Source of the DNA: Clostridia bacterium
Lineage (GTDB): Bacteria; Bacillota; Clostridia; UBA1381; UMGS1253
DNA: 64,000 bases
Assembly: GCA_045636325.1 (NCBI GenBank)
Contig: JAZTXH010000016.1
Location: 12,034 to 76,033, forward strand
Direction of reading: 5' to 3'
Below are positions 57,809-64,000 of the stretch, piece by piece (the stretch's first letter is position 1; each line of letters starts with the position of its first letter). The position numbers were made by a program, and so were the translations under genes. The notes beneath the pieces were generated by a model. The model had not been told where the DNA came from. It searched no databases and saw nothing but the letters and a program-made list of their open reading frames with translations.

Positions 57809-57910
57809 CTGTTTTGACAGCATTTTTACGCACTTTTCGGGGGTTTCAAAAATTTGATTTACCTACATAAAAGATGTAAGTAAGACATACAGGATACAAA
57901 TCCTATAATA
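57809..57910 (+). repeat. Right bipartite direct repeat of the island
   Basis: CTGTTTTGACAGCATTTTTACGCACTTTTCGGG... and CTACATAAAAGATGTAAGTAAGACATACAGGATACAAATCCTATAA. Confidence 0.8.
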
Positions 57911-57975
57911 AATCATCATAAAACTATCCTCTGATAAATATAATTATTTACAAATTATATTTATGGGGGGTATAT

Positions 57976-58506
57976 ATGAAAAGGTCAGTTATAATATGGC
58001 AGGTTGCAGGTTTTATGTTCACATCTGTTGTCGGTGTTTTATTTCATTTTCTTTTTGATTTTACAAATGGAAATGTTTTAGCAGCACTTATTTCTCCGGT
58101 TAACGAATCAATATGGGAGCATACGAAACTTATGTTTTTTCCTATGCTTTTGTTTGCAACCATTCAAAGCCGTTTTATGAAAGAAAAAAATATAAATTTT
58201 TGGTGTATAAAGCTTATCGGGATAGTAACGGCGGTTGTGTTAATTCCTGCGTTTTATTATATTTTAAAAAGCATACTTGGTGTTGTACCTGACATAGTGA
58301 ACATTGTAATATTTTTTGCAGTTGCCTTTTCGGGATATCTTTTAGAAACAATTCTTTTAAATAAGAATTTTATAAACTGCAAGCATAATAATGTTGTGGT
58401 TCTTATTCTGATTTGTATAATAATAGGATATGTGGTTTTAACGTTTGTGCCACCGCACGTTCCGCTTTTTGAAGACCCCGTTAATAACACTTACGGATAT
58501 ATGTAA
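57976..58506 (+). CDS. Polytopic membrane protein (DUF6512-like)
   Basis: 176 aa with 5-6 TM segments and 'NESIWEHTKLMFFP'. The family name is from memory. Confidence 0.6.
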   Translation: MKRSVIIWQVAGFMFTSVVGVLFHFLFDFTNGNVLAALISPVNESIWEHTKLMFFPMLLFATIQSRFMKEKNINFWCIKLIGIVTAVVLIPAFYYILKSILGVVPDIVNIVIFFAVAFSGYLLETILLNKNFINCKHNNVVVLILICIIIGYVVLTFVPPHVPLFEDPVNNTYGYM

Positions 58507-58750
58507 AAACAGTAAGAATATATAAATTTTTAATTTATGTACAATGGTGTAAAACAAAGTTAAGGTAATAAAATGCTTTCTAATATGCAAGTTGACCGTA
58601 TTTAATGTATCAGTCAGGTGTTTTAAAAAAATAGAAAAAACAATGCGGACTTATCATTTGAGTTAGATTTGTAAACAAATAATAAACTGGAAAGTATTCC
58701 ACTTGAAAAAAAGTCAAAAATATTTTATAATAAATATACGGAGGTGGCTT

Positions 58751-61018
58751 ATGAAAAGGTTTATTTTATTTGTTTTGTGCATCTTTTCAATTGTAGGTTT
58801 AAATGTTAACAGTGCAGTTGCAAAAGAGATTTATAAAGTTGTTAATACTGAAGATATTGCACCGGGAGTAACGCTTACAAGAGTTAATGCTTTTTACAGC
58901 GGATACGACCTTACATATTCATATATAACAGCGGACCTTACTAATTCGGGAGTTGGTTTATCGCTTTTAAAAAGCAGTAAGGGAATTAATGAAAGAGAAA
59001 CTGTAGAAAATCTTGCAAAAACAGAGGATAATATAATTGCGGCTATAAATGCAGATTTTTTTGCAATGAGTAATAACAGTTATAGTCAGGGGATAGAATA
59101 TAAGGACTCTAAGCTGTTGCAGTCGCCTATTGATACTGCGGCCTTTGCCGGTGGATTTTTATATGATAATAAGCTTTTGCTTTCAAATATAGATTTTCAT
59201 ATTATGATTGTGGCACCCGATTTGGAGTATCGGGAGGTTTACAGGCTGAATAAGCCTATGGAGCTTTACGGAGCACTTTTAATGTATACTGCAGATTATA
59301 ATGATGGATGCTCACCGGCACCCGGGGACGGTGTTGTGGAGATGATAGTAGAAGATGATGTTGTTATTGGGTTTAACCGCACAAAGACACCGGTAAAAAT
59401 TCCTGAAAACGGATATGTGCTTGAAATATCGGAAATGGACCCGTTTTTAAGCGGACATTTCAAAGAGGGGGACACGGTAAAAATTGAAACGTACATTACC
59501 CCTACCCTTGAAAATCTTACAATGGCATTCGGCGGGGGGAGCCTTCTTTTAAAAGATGGTCAAATTGTTAAATTTACAAATAATGCTGCCGGGAATAACC
59601 CAAGAAGTGCAGTAGGCACTGACAAAAGCGGAACAAAAATATATCTTATGGCGGTTGATGGCAGGCAGACTAAAAGCCGCGGTGTAAGCCAAACTGAGCT
59701 TGCAGAGCTTATGAAAGAAATAGGCTGTACAGAGGCGATGAACCTTGATGGTGGCGGCTCAAGCTATATGGTTTCGAAAGCGTGGGGTGAAAAAGGATTA
59801 AAAACTGTTAACAACCCCATTGAGACAAGAAAGGTTATAAATGCAATAGGTGTAAAAAGTGATGCGAAAGGAAACGGAAAGCTTGAAAGCTTAAAGCTTG
59901 AAATTGATAATAGTTGCATTTATTCAGGCGGTAAAAGTATACTTAAGGTGAGCGGGGCGGACAGTGCGTATAATCCGGTTACGATTGATAAAAAAGCACT
60001 TGAGTTTAATTATGCCAGTCTTATAGACAAAGATTTGAATTTTTCCGCTGAACACGGCGGTGTTTATGAGATATATGCAATCTGTGCTGGAGTAGAGTCA
60101 AATACTGTTAAGGTAACAGTGGTTGAAGATATTACAGGCATAGATCTAGCTGCAGTTTATGAGCTTAAAAAGCCTGAGGATACATTGGCGATTGACATAC
60201 GGGTGTATGATGCTTGCGGAAATTACGTTTCAGCACCATGGCAAGATTTTAAAATAAGTATAGACGGTGATGCGGCAGAGTTTAAAGATGGCAAATTAAT
60301 TGCAAAAGAAGAGGGCGAAGCTATTCTTAAAGTGAAAAAAGGAAGTGTTGAAGCCTACAGCAAGATAAAGGTTGCAAGCGGAGGTAAGGTATATACAAAG
60401 CCTCAGGATGTTGTTTTGGACTCTGTCAATAAAAAAGTAGCAAAGCCCGAAAAAACTTTTGTATACACTGCGCTTAATGATACAGAAAAGACCTTGTATG
60501 ACGTTTTATACACAAAGAGGCTTGCAAAGATTTTGAAAAGTTATGAAAGAGTAGGGATTCTGGGAAATCAGGTGCACCCCGAATTTGACAATATATATTG
60601 CGTAAATTACGATAAATATATGTGCCTTAAAAAAGACGGCACAATCTTTTTGAGCCTGCCAACTAAAAACGGCTCTGTAAGAAGCGCAGATTCTTCGGCT
60701 TATGATAAAATAAGAGCAGATTTAAGCAAAGCTGATGAAAAAAATGTGTTTGTTACAACTGACGGATATTTTAACTTAAGCGGAACAGAATTTGAAGCAT
60801 TAAAAGCTGTTTTAAAGGAAAGCGGAAAGAATGTTTTTGTTATTCAGCGCGGAGGTTCAAATTCTGTAAAAATTATTGATGGTATAAGATTTTTTACAGT
60901 GTCTGACAATAAAAAATATTCCGATTTGCTTGATGCAACAAAAAGCCTTAAAATGCTTGTTTTTGAAATAAAAGAAGATAAAGTTTATTACACATTTGAA
61001 AATGTGTTCGAGATTTAA
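58751..61018 (+). CDS. Secreted phosphodiester glycosidase (NAGPA-like) family protein with Ig-like domains
   Basis: Signal peptide. 'PRSAVGTDKSGTKIYLMAVDGRQ' and 'AMNLDGGGSS'. Start at MKRFIL behind GGAGGTGG. Confidence 0.8.
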   Translation: MKRFILFVLCIFSIVGLNVNSAVAKEIYKVVNTEDIAPGVTLTRVNAFYSGYDLTYSYITADLTNSGVGLSLLKSSKGINERETVENLAKTEDNIIAAINADFFAMSNNSYSQGIEYKDSKLLQSPIDTAAFAGGFLYDNKLLLSNIDFHIMIVAPDLEYREVYRLNKPMELYGALLMYTADYNDGCSPAPGDGVVEMIVEDDVVIGFNRTKTPVKIPENGYVLEISEMDPFLSGHFKEGDTVKIETYITPTLENLTMAFGGGSLLLKDGQIVKFTNNAAGNNPRSAVGTDKSGTKIYLMAVDGRQTKSRGVSQTELAELMKEIGCTEAMNLDGGGSSYMVSKAWGEKGLKTVNNPIETRKVINAIGVKSDAKGNGKLESLKLEIDNSCIYSGGKSILKVSGADSAYNPVTIDKKALEFNYASLIDKDLNFSAEHGGVYEIYAICAGVESNTVKVTVVEDITGIDLAAVYELKKPEDTLAIDIRVYDACGNYVSAPWQDFKISIDGDAAEFKDGKLIAKEEGEAILKVKKGSVEAYSKIKVASGGKVYTKPQDVVLDSVNKKVAKPEKTFVYTALNDTEKTLYDVLYTKRLAKILKSYERVGILGNQVHPEFDNIYCVNYDKYMCLKKDGTIFLSLPTKNGSVRSADSSAYDKIRADLSKADEKNVFVTTDGYFNLSGTEFEALKAVLKESGKNVFVIQRGGSNSVKIIDGIRFFTVSDNKKYSDLLDATKSLKMLVFEIKEDKVYYTFENVFEI

Positions 61019-61050
61019 AAAAAAGCCTTACAAAAAGCAAGGCTTTTTTT
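61017..61050. terminator. Bidirectional terminator
   Basis: AAAAAAAGCCTT / AAGGCTTTTTTT. Confidence 0.8.
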
Positions 61051-61080
61051 GATAAAATACTGTAAAATCTATAGAAAAAC

Positions 61081-61911
61081 TTATCTATACAAGCCTTTCA
61101 GCAATTTAATCTCTTTTGCATACCCATCAAGTTCGTTTGGAGTTTCTAAAATCATTGGCAGATTTTTTAAATATTTATTATTAATCACCTTTTCGAAGGT
61201 TTCAATGCCAAGTGAGCCTTCGCCGATTTTTGCGTGCCTGTCTTTATGTGATGAAAAGGGATTTAAGCTGTCATTTAAATGCAGGGCACAAAGTTTATTT
61301 ATGCCAATAATTTTATCAAAATCTTCTAAACATGCATCAAGATTTCCGTTTATATCATATCCCCCGTCATAAATATGGCAGGTGTCTAAACATACACCAA
61401 TTTTATCTTTTAATTCAACATTGTCAATTATACTTTTTATTTCTTCAAATCGGCTTCCGATTTCACTGCCTTTGCCTGCCATTGTTTCCAAAAGAACAGT
61501 TGATTTAATATTGGGATTTAAAACACGGTTAAGCAAATCTGAAATTTGCTTTATGCCGGTAGCAACACCCTGACCGACATGACTTCCGGGGTGAAAATTA
61601 TAATAATTTTCACCAAGAAGATTTAGGGTATTTAAATCTTCTGTCATCATTGTAAATGCAAGCTTTCGTATGACTTCATCAGCTGAGCAGGCATTCATTG
61701 TATATGGGGCATGGGCAACAAGTTTTGCAAAGTTATTTTCCAAAAGAAAAGCTTTTAAGGCAGTAGCATCAGATAAATCTACTTCCTTTGCTTTGCCGCC
61801 GCGGGGATTTCTTGTAAAAAACGCAAAGGTATTTGCCCCAATTTGCTCTGCGACCTTGCCCATATTTAAAAAGCCTTTTGAAACTGATAAGTGACAACCT
61901 ATATTAAGCAT
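61081..61911 (-). CDS. nfo: Deoxyribonuclease IV (endonuclease IV)
   Basis: 'IGCHLS', 'NTFAFFTRNPRGG', 'VCLDTCH' and 'LHLNDS'. Confidence 0.92.
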   Translation of the reverse strand: MLNIGCHLSVSKGFLNMGKVAEQIGANTFAFFTRNPRGGKAKEVDLSDATALKAFLLENNFAKLVAHAPYTMNACSADEVIRKLAFTMMTEDLNTLNLLGENYYNFHPGSHVGQGVATGIKQISDLLNRVLNPNIKSTVLLETMAGKGSEIGSRFEEIKSIIDNVELKDKIGVCLDTCHIYDGGYDINGNLDACLEDFDKIIGINKLCALHLNDSLNPFSSHKDRHAKIGEGSLGIETFEKVINNKYLKNLPMILETPNELDGYAKEIKLLKGLYR

Positions 61912-62164
61912 AAAATCAATCCTTTATTACTTTATTTTTTTATTATAGCAGATAATTTAAGCACGTGTCAATAACGGGATTGGCTTTTAAAATCAGAAAA
62001 ATTTTGCAAGCAAATTTTATTAAAGTCGGATTTTGTCAGTCAAAAGACAATATATGACAAAATTAGTGCGAAAACATGGCAGGAGTTTTTAATTTAATAT
62101 AAAATATTTAAAAAGTATAAAAATTTTATACCCAAAAAACTTATTTAAACAAGAGGAGATAAAA

Positions 62165-62500
62165 ATGGAAATTGTTTACAACCCGCAGAAAAAAGTGCTT
62201 GTGGTAAAGCTTATTAAAGCAATAGACCATCACACAGCAAAAGAAATAAGGCAAACGGTGGATTTGTATTTTGCAGACACAAAGGCAAATCACATAGTGT
62301 TTGATTTATCTAAGCTTGAATTTATGGACAGTTCAGGAATAGGATTGATAATGGGAAGATATAAATTTATTTCTCCCATCGGCGGAAAAGTAATTCTTTC
62401 TGGAGTAGATGAGCAAACCGATAGAATTATGAAAATATCAGGTATTTATAAAATTGCAGGACACGCACGAAGCGTATCGGAAGCTATCGAAATGCTTTAA
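62165..62500 (+). CDS. spoIIAA: Anti-sigma F factor antagonist SpoIIAA (STAS)
   Basis: 'DLSKLEFMDSSGIGLIMGRY'. Operon with spoIIAB and sigF. Confidence 0.92.
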   Translation: MEIVYNPQKKVLVVKLIKAIDHHTAKEIRQTVDLYFADTKANHIVFDLSKLEFMDSSGIGLIMGRYKFISPIGGKVILSGVDEQTDRIMKISGIYKIAGHARSVSEAIEML

Positions 62501-62513
62501 GGAGGGTAGAAAA

Positions 62514-62939
62514 ATGAAAAACCAAATGATTCTTGAATTTGATTCCCTTTCGGAAAATGAAAGTTTTGCAAGAATTGCCGTTGCATCTTTTGTTATTCCC
62601 TGCGACCCTGAGCTTGAAATTTTATGCGATATAAAAACTGCAGTTTCAGAGGCGGTTACAAATGCCGTTGTGCACGGTTATAAAAATAGTGCTGAAGGTA
62701 AAATTACGATTGCCTGTGATTTGGAGGACGGTCTTTTAAGGGTTCAGGTTAGCGATAAGGGTAAAGGAATTGCAGACATAAAAAAGGCAATGGAGCCTAT
62801 GTATACCGAAGATGAATCCGGAGAGAGAAGCGGCATGGGATTTACGGTTATGAGTGTGTTTATGGACAGCATAGATGTAAAAAGCACACCTGATAAAGGT
62901 ACTGATGTTTATATGACAAAGCGTATTTGCAGGCGGTAA
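62514..62939 (+). CDS. spoIIAB: Anti-sigma F factor SpoIIAB (serine kinase)
   Basis: 'AVSEAVTNAVVHGY' and 'GMGFTVM'. Start at MKNQMIL behind GGAGGG. Confidence 0.92.
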   Translation: MKNQMILEFDSLSENESFARIAVASFVIPCDPELEILCDIKTAVSEAVTNAVVHGYKNSAEGKITIACDLEDGLLRVQVSDKGKGIADIKKAMEPMYTEDESGERSGMGFTVMSVFMDSIDVKSTPDKGTDVYMTKRICRR

Positions 62940-62950
62940 GGGGTGCTTTG

Positions 62951-63634
62951 GTGAAAAGTGAAATTGAAGTTAAAAAAAATGAAAAAGAGGCTTTATTTAA
63001 CGCACATAAAGGACTTATTTTAAGCATTGCAAAAAGATTTTCGGGGCGCGGCGTCAGCATAGAAGAGCTTTTTCAGATTGGATGTGTAGGTTTTTTAAAA
63101 GCAACTGCCGGCTATGAGAAAAATTACGGAACAAAGCTTTCTACATATGCAGTGCCGTTCATAATGGGAGAAATTAAAAAGTTTTTTCGTGATGACGGTC
63201 AGATAAAGGTTTCAAGAAGCGTAAAAACATTGTATCTTAAAATCTGTGCGGTAAAAGACGGATACATAAAACAGTATGGAACAGAACCGGATGTTTCATA
63301 TATAGCACAAATTCAAAAAGTAAGCCCCGAGGATGTGTGGCAGGCACTTTTATCAATGAGCCATGTGTCGTCTATTTATGATGAAGATGGCAGGGTAACT
63401 GACACTGTGCTTAAGGTTTCGGATAATTCGCAGGAAAATATATGCGACAGAATAAGCATAGAAGAGGCACTTAAAAAATTACCGCCTATGCTTTTAGCTG
63501 TTATACAGAAAAGGTATTTTTTAAATATGACACAAAGTCAGACAGCAAAAATATTAAATACCAATCAGGTGCAAATTTCAAGACTTGAAAAAAAGGCTAT
63601 AGCATTATTAAAGGGAATGCTTGGAGATGAATAA
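62951..63634 (+). CDS. sigF: RNA polymerase sporulation sigma factor SigF
   Basis: 'LFQIGCVGFLKA', 'TYAVPFIMGEIKKFFRDD', and region 4 'TQSQTAKILNTNQVQISRLEKKA'. I chose the GTG start at 62951; the ORF is open from 62927. Confidence 0.9.
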   Translation: MKSEIEVKKNEKEALFNAHKGLILSIAKRFSGRGVSIEELFQIGCVGFLKATAGYEKNYGTKLSTYAVPFIMGEIKKFFRDDGQIKVSRSVKTLYLKICAVKDGYIKQYGTEPDVSYIAQIQKVSPEDVWQALLSMSHVSSIYDEDGRVTDTVLKVSDNSQENICDRISIEEALKKLPPMLLAVIQKRYFLNMTQSQTAKILNTNQVQISRLEKKAIALLKGMLGDE

Positions 63635-63666
63635 AAAGATTTTACGAATTGTTTACAGTATGTTAA

Positions 63667-63695
63667 TTGACTTTAATAAAAGCAATGTGTATAAT
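63667..63695 (+). promoter_or_regulatory. Consensus extended -10 promoter directly after sigF
   Basis: TTGACT, 17-nt spacer, TATAAT, preceded by TGTG. Confidence 0.5.
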
Positions 63696-63774
63696 TAAAA
63701 TGCAAAGAAAAAGTGAGAGCTGCCTGTAAAAACTCTCCCCTCAAAATTCCCTTAAATTTTTTGTTATATATATA

Positions 63775-63804
63775 TTGACTAACATACCACTTATTTGGTA
63801 AAAT
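63775..63804 (+). promoter_or_regulatory. Second sigma-A-type promoter
   Basis: TTGACT, 18-nt spacer, TAAAAT, with TGG. Confidence 0.45.
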
Positions 63805-63845
63805 AATACTTGAAGGTGGCTTAACTTATTTCTTTGAAATAAAAG

Positions 63846-63896
63846 CTCCTTTTGCCTAACGGAAAATATTGTGTCCGCAGGCCGAGGGAGTTTTTT
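63846..63896 (+). terminator. Leader hairpin plus T6: candidate transcription attenuator upstream of the last gene
   Basis: CTCC..GCCT..CGG / CCG..AGGC..GGAG followed by TTTTTT, located 38 nt before the ATG at 63935. Confidence 0.45.
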
Positions 63897-63934
63897 AGTT
63901 CGTATAAGAACAACTAAAGGGAGGTATAATTGTA

Positions 63935-64000
63935 ATGAGAAAAAGTTCAAAAGAGTTAATGAATTACTGGATTGAAAGTGATGTGCTTTCAGATTCAGAA
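63935..64000 (+). CDS. Unidentified CDS, 5' fragment (runs off the window)
   Basis: An AAGGGAGG RBS sits 10 nt upstream of ATG. The frame 'MRKSSKELMNYWIESDVLSDSE' stays open to the window end. Confidence 0.5.
   Translation, partial: MRKSSKELMNYWIESDVLSDSE

Larger units (their letters stand above)
54311..57910. mobile_element. Approx. 3.5-kb accessory island downstream of tRNA-Cys, bounded by bipartite direct repeats; no recombinase (probable decayed integrative element)
   Basis: Direct repeats lie at 54337-54385 plus 54477-54520 and at 57809-57856 plus 57863-57910. The content is hypothetical ORFs and a regulator module unlike the housekeeping flanks. Confidence 0.45.

Noticed and set aside
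54311-57910. Calling the island a prophage, an ICE or a defence island
   Set aside because: I could recognise no integrase, capsid or terminase, relaxase or T4SS genes, and no known defence gene. Only the direct repeats and the foreign-looking cargo support mobility.
58590-58625. Additional family members at 58606-58622 (GTATCAGTCAGGTG) and 62026-62050 (TTTTGTCAGTCAAAAGACAA)
   Set aside because: Only one arm-like string is present in each and there is no convincing partner arm. These could be chance matches in AT-rich spacers.

Overview
Low-GC chromosomal segment from a spore-forming Clostridia-type Firmicute (spoVG, sigH and spoIIAA-spoIIAB-sigF are present). Most of it is housekeeping: glnA, murC, the metF/split-metH operon, trkAH, dxs-tlyA, nifSU, tadA, the yybS-gdpP-rplI-dnaB block, tilS-hpt-ftsH, nagA, rsmI, mreB, galU, hslO and nfo, plus six tRNAs. 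Four things stand out. (1) A roughly 650-nt ORF-free, G+C-enriched tract has its own promoter and lies directly upstream of a small membrane protein, dxs and tlyA. That is the classic context of OLE RNA and oapA. (2) A sequence family I cannot name has two divergent 255-262 nt copies closed by a long CTGACAG.../...CTGTCAG stem. Each copy sits just downstream of a sigma-A-type promoter, in the leader of tadA and of yybS-gdpP-rplI-dnaB. At least three miniature hairpin copies exist, one of them in the metF leader. (3) A 3.5-kb accessory island next to tRNA-Cys is bounded by bipartite direct repeats, lacks a recombinase, and carries ICE-cargo-like ORFs plus an XRE/operator/TM-GGDEF module. (4) There are also smaller oddities: a dehydrogenase gene remnant, mirrored duplicated promoters and an attenuator-like leader. 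All calls come from reading the sequence and motif recognition. No searches were run.
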